A stretch of DNA of 64,000 bases from an uncultured Pseudomonadales bacterium (GTDB taxonomy: Bacteria > Patescibacteriota > Microgenomatia > UBA1400 > MFAQ01), in NCBI GenBank assembly GCA_964513845.1, contig CAZENT010000005.1, forward strand, positions 41,590-105,589, read 5' to 3'. Positions 20,474 to 30,352 of the stretch are shown here, piece by piece. Below the pieces are notes generated by a model. It saw nothing but the letters and a program-made list of their open reading frames with translations, searched no databases and was not told the DNA's origin. Numbering within the stretch: the first letter of the stretch is position 1; each line of letters begins with the position of its first letter. Position numbers and translations under genes: made by a program.

Positions 20474-21766
20474 TTACATTTTAATATTTTTTAAGAAGTT
20501 AATTACCCTGTCATCCATAATGATTGAGCTTTGATCAATGGGTCTTACCAGCTTAAGTCCGTTGAGTGAAGTACAGCGACTAAGAGCAACATAAGTTTGA
20601 CCATGAGCGAAGGCTCCCCTACCCAGATCTACAGCAACTTTTTCAAATGTTTTCCCCTGACTTTTATGAATAGTAATCGCCCACGCGAGCCTGAGAGGAA
20701 TTTGTCGGAAACTGCCAACCTCGTTGCTTTCTAGTGTCATCGTTTCCGGATTTAGACGAGTTTTGTACGAAGTCCAAGTGACGGGCTCAACTGTTTCCAG
20801 CTCGCCATTATCGAGCTTGACCAAGACGTGATCACTTCTGATTTGAAACAAAGTACCAACCGTGCCATTTATCCAACGGCCGTTGGGGTCATTGTTTAAA
20901 AGCATGACTCTGGCTCCGGTTTTTAGTTCTAATGTGTCCGCGGCCGGAAACTGTTTTTCAGAAAAATTTCCAATAGTTGTGCCTTTGAAATATATCGACT
21001 GACCTTCGATCTCATTAAGTTTGAATTGATTGATTCTGTCTGCCTGCTCGTTCATGGCTGTTAAGTAAATGTAGCCTTCGAGAAATTCTTCTGTGTCTGT
21101 TTTGCATTGATTCAGCCTATCAAGGTCGGCTTGGGTGGTTTCTTTGTTCCTGACCCTGTTCAAAATATCAATAAACTCCCTTTCTGTTTGACGAAAAATG
21201 GTTGAAAGCTCGTAAAACTTGATTTGTTTGTACAAGCCGTCTGTAAGGCTAGAAAAGACATTTGAGGAGAAAAAATAGGGAGAACGATAGACACTATTTA
21301 AGGCCTCTTGTTCATCTCTCGTTACAACTGGCGGCAACTGATGCAGATCTCCAACCATAACAACTTGTACTCCACCAAAGGGTTGTTTGCTCTTTCTGAC
21401 AGTTTGAAGAAAAACACTGATACTGTCCAACAGATCTGCTCGAACCATTGACACTTCATCAATTACAAGAGTTTCAAGAGCTTTGTAAATCTTGGCGTTT
21501 CTGGTTTTTTTGGCTTCGTGTTTAGCTCTTTCCGGATCGATATTGGGCGGAAAGAGAAAAAAAGAGTGGATTGTTTCCCCTCTAACATTAACTGCAGCGA
21601 CTCCGGTTGGAGCTACGACGGCGATGTTTTTCTTGGTGGTGTTGCGAAAATGATCAAGCAGGGTTGATTTTCCTGTGCCGGCATTGCCGGTTAAAAATAC
21701 GTTTTCCCAGCTGTTTTCGATTTCCAAAATGATTTCTTGAGTTCTATCGTCTAAAGTGAAGGACAT
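20474..21766 (-). CDS. Pif1/RecD-family ATP-dependent DNA helicase
   Basis: Walker A GNAGTGKST, DExx-like VIDEVSMV, VGDLHQLPPV, and C-terminal ITIHKSQGKTF and YVALSRCT motifs. Confidence 0.8.
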   Translation of the reverse strand: MSFTLDDRTQEIILEIENSWENVFLTGNAGTGKSTLLDHFRNTTKKNIAVVAPTGVAAVNVRGETIHSFFLFPPNIDPERAKHEAKKTRNAKIYKALETLVIDEVSMVRADLLDSISVFLQTVRKSKQPFGGVQVVMVGDLHQLPPVVTRDEQEALNSVYRSPYFFSSNVFSSLTDGLYKQIKFYELSTIFRQTEREFIDILNRVRNKETTQADLDRLNQCKTDTEEFLEGYIYLTAMNEQADRINQFKLNEIEGQSIYFKGTTIGNFSEKQFPAADTLELKTGARVMLLNNDPNGRWINGTVGTLFQIRSDHVLVKLDNGELETVEPVTWTSYKTRLNPETMTLESNEVGSFRQIPLRLAWAITIHKSQGKTFEKVAVDLGRGAFAHGQTYVALSRCTSLNGLKLVRPIDQSSIIMDDRVINFLKNIKM

Positions 21767-21768
21767 TT

Positions 21769-22470
21769 TTATATGGCAAGTAAGTGATGATTTAGCTTAA
21801 GCCATTTCCGATGATATTTGTAATCAGGATCGATGCTTGAAACTAAGTTCCAGAAACCGCGTCCGTGGTTCCGGTGAACCATATGAGATACTTCGTGAAT
21901 CACGACGTAGTCAACCACTTCATGGGGAGCCATGACCAGTTTACGATTGAAGCTAAGACAGTTCGTGGGCGAACAGCTACCCCAGATAGACGAGACTTTT
22001 TTGAGATTGATCTTTTGATAGGTTACCCCAATCTTTTGAGAATAATAATTGACCTTTTCGGTGATGGTTTCGATTCCTCTTTCCATATACCAATATAAAA
22101 GCGCTTCTTTGATTAACTCCGAATGCTTTTCTTTGGGTAAACCTTCATATATGTCGACTGATATTTTTTCATCAATCAAAACTACCTTGCATCTTCCCGG
22201 TGCTTTTTGGTAATTTAGCGACAAGGTGTACTCTTGGCCAAAATATAGATGCTTTTCCCCCTCCAGATATTGTTTGGAGATTTTCTTTGCGCCTATTCGA
22301 TTAAGATGTTTTTCGATCCATGATGATTTTTCTCTAACAAAGTTTTCTATCATGCCAACCGGCATCCAAAACGGTGCACTAACCACAACCCCCTTGTTTT
22401 CGGAAATCCTGATTGAAGCGTTGGCAGTGATGCCTCGCTTGCGGATAATTTTGTATTCGAAACTGGCCAC
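21769..22470 (-). CDS. DUF45/YgjP-like metal-dependent hydrolase
   Basis: HEVSHMVHRNHGRGFW (HExxH...H) is typical of COG1451. Four nt from the helicase gene. Confidence 0.7.
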   Translation of the reverse strand: MASFEYKIIRKRGITANASIRISENKGVVVSAPFWMPVGMIENFVREKSSWIEKHLNRIGAKKISKQYLEGEKHLYFGQEYTLSLNYQKAPGRCKVVLIDEKISVDIYEGLPKEKHSELIKEALLYWYMERGIETITEKVNYYSQKIGVTYQKINLKKVSSIWGSCSPTNCLSFNRKLVMAPHEVVDYVVIHEVSHMVHRNHGRGFWNLVSSIDPDYKYHRKWLKLNHHLLAI

Positions 22471-22498
22471 GCAACTATTGTAGACTAAGCTGAATCGT

Positions 22499-23095
22499 TT
22501 AAGGTAAAAATTCTAAGGAATAGATAATGTCTTCTGAGGTTAAATATTCTACTGTGCCTGTGTTGGGAGTTTGATTGGTAATTAACAAATATTTCTTATC
22601 TTCTTGGGGAACATAGTAATATGTGTATTCACCATTGCCTTCCCGTGAGGAGTATGTTTGTGCTGTGACTGAACCCAGGGCAATCGGAGATATTGGATTG
22701 ACCAAACTGAACGATTCACCAAGCTCGCTTTTTCTTTTATCAATGGCTTTTTCAATGACGGTATTTACGTCTTCGTTTTCAAACAATATGTTTTGAGTGA
22801 TTGAAAGATTGATCGATCCGGTTTTGTACAAGCTTACGTCGCCGTTGCTCTTGTTTTTTATATTTACGTTGGAAGGGTGTTTGATTTTGTAGCCGTTGTA
22901 GTTGTTTACAAATACTTGCCAGCCAAGTACTGGCGAGTTGTTTAATGTGGAATTGTCTGACAAATTTGAGGATTTTGCGCCAGCAACTAATGGCGACACG
23001 AGATTGTTTGTATCTCTGTTGCTTTGTTTTTTAACCAGTGTCCCGATTGATACCGTGATTAAAACTGTAAATACCAAAACAAAGATGAACTTCAT
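22499..23095 (-). CDS. hypothetical secreted protein
   Basis: An N-terminal signal/TM segment (MKFIFVLVFTVLITVSIGTLV). No recognisable domain. Confidence 0.45.
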   Translation of the reverse strand: MKFIFVLVFTVLITVSIGTLVKKQSNRDTNNLVSPLVAGAKSSNLSDNSTLNNSPVLGWQVFVNNYNGYKIKHPSNVNIKNKSNGDVSLYKTGSINLSITQNILFENEDVNTVIEKAIDKRKSELGESFSLVNPISPIALGSVTAQTYSSREGNGEYTYYYVPQEDKKYLLITNQTPNTGTVEYLTSEDIIYSLEFLP

Positions 23096-23181
23096 ACTGT
23101 AAGTGATGTTACATTTTTAGTTTATTACGGTGATTGTGGAAACACAATATACACAAAGCGATTATAGATTTATACTAGCCT

Positions 23182-23913
23182 ATGGTTTCATCAGAAAAAT
23201 TAAGAGGTCTTTCCGGCTTTCCAGCGTATCTAGAACCCTTTATTAAGAATCATCGTGATCTTGTTAGAGTTAACGAGTCAGTTTTTGGACTCCAGCCACA
23301 TATTGAGGCACAGAAGCAAGATGCCGAGAAGAAACAGAGAACGTTGCTTGTTATTACCGGATTTTCTGGAGCAGGAAAAGATGTGGCAGTAAAAGAGTTA
23401 ATGAAACAGGATCCTCGTTTTGGCTGGGTAAAAACATGCACCACAAGAGATATTCGACCTGAAGAAGTTGAGGAAGATCCATATATTCGATTGACTGAAG
23501 CACAGTTTGATGCCGCACTTAAAAGCGGAGATGCCATTGAGAGTAATGGCTATGTGGGAAAACGCTATTGCTCACTAACTTCTGTCTTTAAAAAGGCGTT
23601 GGACGATTTTGAGATTCCAATCCTGAGAATTGATCCAAAAGGTAAAGATTTTTACTTTGAACTATGGCAACAACAAGGGGGAATTTTCAAGGACGTCAAC
23701 CTCATTTCAATTTTTATTGCACCACCAACACTAAAAGAGCTGGAAGAGAGATTAAGAAATAGACCAGGAAGTACCGATGAAGATGTAAAAAAAAGACTAG
23801 CTCAAGTAAACACCGATATTCTCTATTTAAACAATGTTGAGTATATTGCCATAAATGAAACCGGAAAATTGGGGCAGATGGTACAAAACATGCGAAAGGT
23901 TATTTTCTCTTAG
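23182..23913 (+). CDS. guanylate kinase-like protein
   Basis: P-loop GFSGAGKD and a TTRDIRPEEVEEDPYIRL block matching the Gmk TTRxxRxxExxGxdY region. Has an N-terminal extension of about 55 aa. Confidence 0.55.
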   Translation: MVSSEKLRGLSGFPAYLEPFIKNHRDLVRVNESVFGLQPHIEAQKQDAEKKQRTLLVITGFSGAGKDVAVKELMKQDPRFGWVKTCTTRDIRPEEVEEDPYIRLTEAQFDAALKSGDAIESNGYVGKRYCSLTSVFKKALDDFEIPILRIDPKGKDFYFELWQQQGGIFKDVNLISIFIAPPTLKELEERLRNRPGSTDEDVKKRLAQVNTDILYLNNVEYIAINETGKLGQMVQNMRKVIFS

Positions 23914-24745
23914 TGTTTATATATTGAAGGGCGAGAAATATTATTCCAAGAGAAGCAATGAAAATGGGAACTCCTCTGGAAATTATTGAGTAAAATATCA
24001 TTTTTGACTTCGCCTCTTCCACTCTGGCTAAGATAGTTGGGTCGTTGTACTTGTTACTCCATTCTGCGATATCCCACACCGGAGTACCGTCTTTCTCAGC
24101 ATAGAAGCTGATCCCAGAATCTTGATGGTCGATGATTATGCCGGTAAGCGGCTCAACATAAATATCAATATTTACCCTAGATAGAACCATGTATTTTTCC
24201 GGAACTAGAGGTAAAAATTCATAGCCAGGAGTGTCATTGATAATAGATTCTTTGGAGCTAAAGTGATAAGTGTTTAGCTTTTCAATAGTCTTGTTACCAA
24301 CATACTCTAAGATTGTGGGCGCACCCATCTCAACCGACCAAAAGTTAATATTTTTTGGAGAAACATTTGGAGGGAAGAAAATTGATGATTTTCCTTCATT
24401 GTCATCTTCTCCGGGATAATTATGACGAGTCAGCCTGTTTACCACAAATTTTTGATCTAGTTCAAAAAGAGTTTCACCTGTCAGCGACTCAACCTTAAAA
24501 AGACTTTGGATATTGGATTTATTTCCTGACGCCTGCAATGTCTTGATATTCGAAGAACTGATGGTTATCGTCTTTCCTGCCCACGACGAGTTTATATCAA
24601 ACCTGTTGTTTTCTGTGTGAATTAAGGTGGCTTTATCTGAAATACTGGCGGGCAGTTTAAGTAATTCGGGTGAAATTATATTGAACCAAAGAGCTACTAG
24701 AATAAAAAGGCAAAGCCCAAAAAACATCTGTAATGTTTTTGACAT
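23900..24745 (-). CDS. hypothetical membrane protein (N- and C-terminal TM helices)
   Basis: TM helices at both ends with a 200-aa central soluble region. No recognisable motif. Confidence 0.45.
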   Translation of the reverse strand: MSKTLQMFFGLCLFILVALWFNIISPELLKLPASISDKATLIHTENNRFDINSSWAGKTITISSSNIKTLQASGNKSNIQSLFKVESLTGETLFELDQKFVVNRLTRHNYPGEDDNEGKSSIFFPPNVSPKNINFWSVEMGAPTILEYVGNKTIEKLNTYHFSSKESIINDTPGYEFLPLVPEKYMVLSRVNIDIYVEPLTGIIIDHQDSGISFYAEKDGTPVWDIAEWSNKYNDPTILARVEEAKSKMIFYSIISRGVPIFIASLGIIFLALQYINTKRK

Positions 24746-24772
24746 AACTCATATTAACACTTTGCGTTTTGG

Positions 24773-25717
24773 TTAGGCAAAATGAATCAATAGCTCAACC
24801 GCGACAAACACAATATATAGCAATAGCAGATAAAAACCTTCTTTTCTGGAGAGAGTATTTTTACTCTTTGCAAAGAGATAAAAAAGAAATAGTCCCAAAA
24901 GAAGTACAACCAAACTGATGATATAACTATTGGTCAAATAGATTGTTTGGCCATACCACAAAACAAGACCGCCAAAAAGAATGGTGTTGTACGAGGCGGA
25001 GCCAACATAGTCCCCAAAAGCAACTTCATTATCCCTAAAGAAGACAGACCTTACCGCTAGTGCTAGTTCCGGAAGATTGGTTCCAACAGAAACAAGCATT
25101 AAGCTAATAAAGAAAGGGGAAATGTTTAAAAGCTGCGAAAAATACATGGTCTGGGTAACAACAACATGACTACTAAAATAAATCGCAATTACTGCAATTA
25201 CTATTTTGATAATTTCTGACCAAACCTTCAGGCTTTGACGTTTTATCACGGCAGATGGATTGTTTAAAAATCCCCTTTTTGACTGAATTAACATAACCGA
25301 GACAACAAACATAGCAACACACATAATTCCATCAAGTCGATCTAGCTTGCCATCAAACGAAAGTATTACTGGCAGAGCAATGACGAAAAGTGAGGATATT
25401 AAATTAAATCCCTGAAACTCTGGATTGATCTTAACCGGCTTGCCAGTTATGGCTAGAAGCGGAATAACCAAGGTAAAAAGGACAATAGAGGCACCAATTA
25501 AATTACCTACAAATATCTCCGGGTCATTATCGATAACCGAGGATACTCCAACAGATAGCTCGCCCAGAGAGGTAAATAACCCGAGAACCAAAAAGGAAAC
25601 CGAAAATGAGGAAAGCTTTAGTTTGTGAGAAAATTTTTCGACAGAAGATATGATTACTCCGGCACCGATCCAGATACCAATAAAACTTAAAACATAGTAG
25701 AGAATGTGTTGAAGCAC
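24773..25717 (-). CDS. Na+/Ca2+ exchanger (CaCA) family membrane protein
   Basis: Two alpha-repeat motifs (GELSVG...GNLIGASIVLF and GTNLPELALAV). Confidence 0.75.
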   Translation of the reverse strand: MLQHILYYVLSFIGIWIGAGVIISSVEKFSHKLKLSSFSVSFLVLGLFTSLGELSVGVSSVIDNDPEIFVGNLIGASIVLFTLVIPLLAITGKPVKINPEFQGFNLISSLFVIALPVILSFDGKLDRLDGIMCVAMFVVSVMLIQSKRGFLNNPSAVIKRQSLKVWSEIIKIVIAVIAIYFSSHVVVTQTMYFSQLLNISPFFISLMLVSVGTNLPELALAVRSVFFRDNEVAFGDYVGSASYNTILFGGLVLWYGQTIYLTNSYIISLVVLLLGLFLFYLFAKSKNTLSRKEGFYLLLLYIVFVAVELLIHFA

Positions 25718-25845
25718 AGTTTAAGTTTAGCAAACTTTTTGATTTATCGGTATTTGGGTGGTTAAATTAGGCCTATAGGTTGACAAAGTTGGGTCTACGA
25801 GATAAAATTCAGCTCGTACATTCATATTTTGGAAAAGGAGTTAAA

Positions 25846-26400
25846 ATGTCAGAAACCTGGATTATTGTCTTGGTGGTAACAGTAGTTTGTGTGGCCCTGC
25901 TCCTGATCGTACTCTTGCGGAAACGAGAGAAAAGGGAGTCAGATTTGATTGGGATTGCCCTCCAGAATAGGGGCAATGACGAGACCGGCCAAGCAGCCGA
26001 ATGGCTGAAAAAACACATGCTGGCCGACGATACATACATCAACCTGTTGTTTAAGTGCTTTCGGCTCGACAAACCGGTTCCGGTAAGCTCGATTACGGTG
26101 AACAATGAAACTGAAGATATCACGATTCAGTTCACCGTTCCGAATACAAACAAGGCTCTGTCAGTCGTGATGGACTTTGATGAAGTTGAGTTTGAGGTTG
26201 GTGGACCCAACGACAAAACCAAACAGGCCTGGATTTTCTTTGACCTGGATCTTTGGAGTGAGTCGCCGATTTACGACGAAGATACCCAGATCCCGATTGA
26301 TCATATCGATTGGGAGTATGTAGTTTTGAACATCACTTCTGTGAAGTTGTACGTCTCAGAAGAGCAGTACAACACCCTCTTCCCGGAAGTAACAATTTAG
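25846..26400 (+). CDS. hypothetical single-pass membrane protein
   Basis: Start set at the ATG (MSETWIIVLVV) preceded by AAGGAG. A rho-independent terminator follows at about 26415-26446. Confidence 0.45.
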   Translation: MSETWIIVLVVTVVCVALLLIVLLRKREKRESDLIGIALQNRGNDETGQAAEWLKKHMLADDTYINLLFKCFRLDKPVPVSSITVNNETEDITIQFTVPNTNKALSVVMDFDEVEFEVGGPNDKTKQAWIFFDLDLWSESPIYDEDTQIPIDHIDWEYVVLNITSVKLYVSEEQYNTLFPEVTI

Positions 26401-26414
26401 TTTTTCTTTTCCTT

Positions 26415-26446
26415 GCCCGCTTCAGAAATGAGGCGGGTTTTTTGTG
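26415..26446 (+). terminator. rho-independent terminator
   Basis: A gcccgcttca...tgaggcggg hairpin followed by TTTTTTGTGCTTT. Confidence 0.6.
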
Positions 26447-26558
26447 CTTTGGAGCGGGATACCGGAGTCGGACCGGCCTCTTATCCTTGGGAAGGATACA
26501 TATTACCGATATACTAATCCCGCGTTTGCTCTAGGATGGATTATACTAAAGATTAAAT

Positions 26559-27248
26559 ATGTCAGGACGATATAAACAATCCCAAAACAAGAGTCGCTCT
26601 CGCTTTTATATTTTTCTTTCGGTCGTATTCGTGATTGTAATGTTTAAATGGGGCATTCCCCTATTTATGAATATGGTTGCCGGAAATGGGGCGCAAAGAG
26701 TCAATACGGATAACGACATAATCCCCCCACAGGCTCCAATTATCTCTGCTCTTCCAGACGCTACCAATAGTGCCAGAATCGTGATTGAGGGCTATACGGA
26801 AGCTGCTGCCAGCGTGGAGCTTTTACTTAACGACCAAGTAGAGAAAATTAATGTTGCTGACCAGACTGGCTCGTTTGTTTTTGAAACTTCATTAATATCC
26901 GGCCAAAACAGGGTTCAAATTAGAGCAAAAGACAGTAAGGGAAATGAAAGCATGTCACAAGTTACTCTTGTGTCTTTCGATAACAAACCGATCGAGCTCA
27001 CTGTTAGCACCCCCAAAGATGGTAGTGAGTATTTTGGAAAAATAAATCAAGTAATTGATATCAAGGGAGAAGTGGATAAGCTCGGAAGCCAGGTTTTGAT
27101 CAACAATTCTTTTGTCCAAGTAGATCGAAGCGGAGCTTTTATTCATCGATTTATGCTTTCAGGTGGTGAAAATATGATTACGATTATGGCTTCCGACAAA
27201 GCGGGAAATACGGCAGAAAAAACTCTTAGGCTGATCTATACTCCTTAG
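26559..27248 (+). CDS. membrane-anchored protein with Ig-like beta-sandwich repeats
   Basis: An N-terminal TM helix and beta-rich repeats (ARIVIEGYTEAAASVELL..., ITIMASDKAGNTAEKTLRLIY) resembling bacterial Ig-like domains. Confidence 0.45.
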   Translation: MSGRYKQSQNKSRSRFYIFLSVVFVIVMFKWGIPLFMNMVAGNGAQRVNTDNDIIPPQAPIISALPDATNSARIVIEGYTEAAASVELLLNDQVEKINVADQTGSFVFETSLISGQNRVQIRAKDSKGNESMSQVTLVSFDNKPIELTVSTPKDGSEYFGKINQVIDIKGEVDKLGSQVLINNSFVQVDRSGAFIHRFMLSGGENMITIMASDKAGNTAEKTLRLIYTP

Positions 27249-28317
27249 GTTTTACCCGATCGAGTCCTAGGGATATCCAGAAAAAAGCAAATATCCAGAT
27301 GAAGAATAGAGAGTTGTTAAAAATGCTGTGAACCAAAATAGACATTGCCAAGACTTTTAACCCGACATTTCTGGTATTTTTCAATAGAGTGATTATTAGA
27401 TTTGTGAAAGAAATTAAACCAGCAATTCCTGTCGTGGCTAATAGAAAAATATAGCTATTGTCGATTTGAAAACGAGAGTTACCTATCCCCCGAAGTGTGT
27501 TGTAACCCCAGCCAAAAATTGGTCTTTGGAAAAAGAGAGTAATCCCCTCTTGCCAACTACCAAGTCGGGAAAATATTGAGAAAGTTCTCATGAGATTAAC
27601 ACCTTCACCAAATGGTTTTGGTATTAAGTAAACAATTAGCCCGAGAAGAGGTAAAAGTAAAAGGAACTTTGCTCTTTTGCGTGTGATCAAAAGATAGATA
27701 AGGCCAGCGGCAAAAGCAAGGTAGGAAGCACGAGAAAAGGTAAGAGCCAGAAGGCCAACAAACGGGATTGAATGTAAAAATTTGCTGTTGCCAAGCAAGA
27801 ACAAAGAGGTGGCCGCAAATATGGCACCGGAGAAGTTGGGGTCATATAACGAGCCAATCAAACGAAAATAGTGATCATCAAAACCAAGATTTTTCAAAAA
27901 TCTCATGTCAGGAAAAATAAAATACTGAAAAAGTCCAAGTATCGAGAAAATACTTAAGGAAATTATCAAAGGGTTCTTTAATTTATTAAATCCAACAAAA
28001 CGCGCCGCAAAAAATATCGAGGGATAGGTAAGTAGTCGAAGTAAATATAAAAAGGAAGTGGGGAAGCCGGAAGAGATCCCCTGTTTGATGTTAATGATTA
28101 ATGAAAAAATGGCGACGCCTAAAAAAATCAAAAGAGGTTTGACAATTGAACCGGAAAGGATCTTGTTTCTGTCTTTGGAAGTAATCAACGAAATGGCGAT
28201 AAGAAAAACCAAGATATCCAAGAGATATATTGAAAAGGGAAACGCCGGATGAGAAAAGGTTAGGAGCTGTCCAAAGGGCCAAACGTAGATAGTGAGTAGT
28301 AATAAAGAATTAATCAT
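27226..28317 (-). CDS. O-antigen ligase/polymerase-like (Wzy_C) membrane protein
   Basis: A polytopic membrane protein with the O-antigen-ligase-like loop TFSRASYLAFAAGLIYLL. Confidence 0.55.
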   Translation of the reverse strand: MINSLLLLTIYVWPFGQLLTFSHPAFPFSIYLLDILVFLIAISLITSKDRNKILSGSIVKPLLIFLGVAIFSLIINIKQGISSGFPTSFLYLLRLLTYPSIFFAARFVGFNKLKNPLIISLSIFSILGLFQYFIFPDMRFLKNLGFDDHYFRLIGSLYDPNFSGAIFAATSLFLLGNSKFLHSIPFVGLLALTFSRASYLAFAAGLIYLLITRKRAKFLLLLPLLGLIVYLIPKPFGEGVNLMRTFSIFSRLGSWQEGITLFFQRPIFGWGYNTLRGIGNSRFQIDNSYIFLLATTGIAGLISFTNLIITLLKNTRNVGLKVLAMSILVHSIFNNSLFFIWIFAFFWISLGLDRVKPKEYRSA

Positions 28318-29645
28318 TAATTTAATTTGTACACCTGAATACCGACTTTGTTGGTGTGAAGCAAAGTACCGTAAACTTCAGACGGGTTAGTGCTCGTCGT
28401 AATTAGATAATCATAGCCCTCACGTGTATTGACCCAAGAGGTATGGTCGAAGTTATACGGGAAGTAGTAGAGGTTGTGTAGCCTGTCTATGAGTATTTTA
28501 CTGCCCCCGGGAAGATTGTTTTTGACATAGTCATCCGAGTCAATAAAAGTTCCGGGTAGTCTGGAGGAGTATTTCGTAAGAAATGCATTTTGGGTTTCTT
28601 GACCGAGCAAGTAGGGGATGTATTTTTTTACTGCAATACATCTCATGCCAAAAATTGTTAATGAAGAAATGATTACCAGAAATATAAAAATATTTCTGAG
28701 AGGCACTTTTAGTAAGCTGACGATATAGACTGCAGAGATTATCAATGCGGGTAGATATGGCAACAAGAAACGGCTTGAGGGAGGATTGAGTACGACACTG
28801 AAAATGGACCCCAGAAACCCAACTGCCGCAATTTTTCGAATTGACTTATCTCGACTAAAAAGAGCTAGGGTGGATAAAATAACGAACAAGCCAACTATTG
28901 GAGAGAGAAAATCATCAAACGGAAAGGTGACGATGAAGGGTAAAAATAGAATATTTTTAATCACTGCCCACAAAGGGGTTAATGATTGATGAAGTAGCGG
29001 ACTAAAGATCGGGTAAATGGGATTGCCGGTGAAATTGTAGGAGATAATAAACCAAGGAAGTGAAACTAATATGGCCGGAATAAGAATTGGAAGGCCGTAG
29101 ACCAGTGCATATATTCCTGCTGACCCAAGAGCTAACCATTTGGTACCTATGGCCAAACCGAGAACAGCTCCTCCTCTTTTCCACGAACCGGAAATAAAAA
29201 AATACAAAGCGAGTGTTTCCAAGAATGTCCTAAACAAATCGATGTAGGCACTCCCTGATTGCCAACTGACTAGCCAGGTACAGTAAAAAAGAGAAACGGC
29301 AACTGATTTTAAAAGTGTGGAAAATTTTAATTTCGAGGTGATTTTCCAAATTACACACCCAACTCCGATGCCAGATAAATATTGAAGAAATTTGGGACCG
29401 ATATAGCCAGTAAATTTGATTAGCGGGATAAAAATTGATTCGGTAATTCGAGGCATGACCGAGTAATACAAAAGGCCGCCATCAAAGAACCATTGCTTTT
29501 TCATCAGCCACAGTTTGGGGATGGTAAGGTGATACCAGAGAGCGTCGAATCCTATTTCGGGAGTGAAAACGGTCAATAAATTCAGAACTCCCAAAAGTAC
29601 AATAGGAACCCAAACAAAATATAGTATTAGTTTCTTTTTGTCCAT
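28317..29645 (-). CDS. GT-C fold glycosyltransferase (PMT_2/ArnT-like) membrane protein
   Basis: A polytopic membrane protein whose N-terminal loop carries conserved acidic/aromatic residues (FDALWYHLTIPKLW), in a glycan cluster. Confidence 0.45.
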   Translation of the reverse strand: MDKKKLILYFVWVPIVLLGVLNLLTVFTPEIGFDALWYHLTIPKLWLMKKQWFFDGGLLYYSVMPRITESIFIPLIKFTGYIGPKFLQYLSGIGVGCVIWKITSKLKFSTLLKSVAVSLFYCTWLVSWQSGSAYIDLFRTFLETLALYFFISGSWKRGGAVLGLAIGTKWLALGSAGIYALVYGLPILIPAILVSLPWFIISYNFTGNPIYPIFSPLLHQSLTPLWAVIKNILFLPFIVTFPFDDFLSPIVGLFVILSTLALFSRDKSIRKIAAVGFLGSIFSVVLNPPSSRFLLPYLPALIISAVYIVSLLKVPLRNIFIFLVIISSLTIFGMRCIAVKKYIPYLLGQETQNAFLTKYSSRLPGTFIDSDDYVKNNLPGGSKILIDRLHNLYYFPYNFDHTSWVNTREGYDYLITTSTNPSEVYGTLLHTNKVGIQVYKLN

Positions 29646-30352
29646 TGAAAAATGCGTACTGTTAAGGATTGAACGCTCATGAGATAAGCCGAGAACAAAC
29701 CGGCAGTACCATCGAGAAAACCTTGTCTGTAAAAATAATTTTGAATGAATTTTCCGAAAGGATTTAGAAATAATCTCCAGTATGAAAAAGGTTTATTTTC
29801 TCTGGTTAAAATATCGGAGTCGATTTCCGAGTATCGTGTGGTACGACCGATAAATTCACTAACGAAGTTGTCTTTAATATGGTAAAGAGGAGAATACAGC
29901 TCACCAACTTCACCATTGATTTTCCAGGTTTCATGAACTGGTCTGATAAATTTTCCGGATTTTCTTTTGGCTAGTCTGAGAAGTTTTGTTTTTCCGGTTT
30001 CTCCGTGTAATAAAGGCTGATGGAAACAAACATCAACTCGGTGTATTTTGAAGCCTGAAAATTTTGTTTTGGATATGATTGCTTGAATTTCTCGCCTTAG
30101 TTCTGTGCTTATGTATTCATCGCTATCAATAAATAATACCCAATCGTTTTTTGTTTTTTCTAAAGCGAAGTTTCTTTGGGAGGCATAATCATTGTTAAGC
30201 TGTCGAGAATAAAACGATACTTTCCCGGACTTTTTTGCTTTTATAGTTGGAGAGTCAATCACCACAACTATCTCATCTGCAAAATCGGCAGACTGAAGAA
30301 CAAGCGTGTCTATGTCTTCAGTTTTAGAAATAATAGCAATTGACAGCTTCAT
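29627..30352 (-). CDS. family 2 glycosyltransferase
   Basis: LSIAIISKTEDIDTL...VVVIDS and DWVLFIDSDE (DxD). Confidence 0.7.
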   Translation of the reverse strand: MKLSIAIISKTEDIDTLVLQSADFADEIVVVIDSPTIKAKKSGKVSFYSRQLNNDYASQRNFALEKTKNDWVLFIDSDEYISTELRREIQAIISKTKFSGFKIHRVDVCFHQPLLHGETGKTKLLRLAKRKSGKFIRPVHETWKINGEVGELYSPLYHIKDNFVSEFIGRTTRYSEIDSDILTRENKPFSYWRLFLNPFGKFIQNYFYRQGFLDGTAGLFSAYLMSVQSLTVRIFQWTKRN

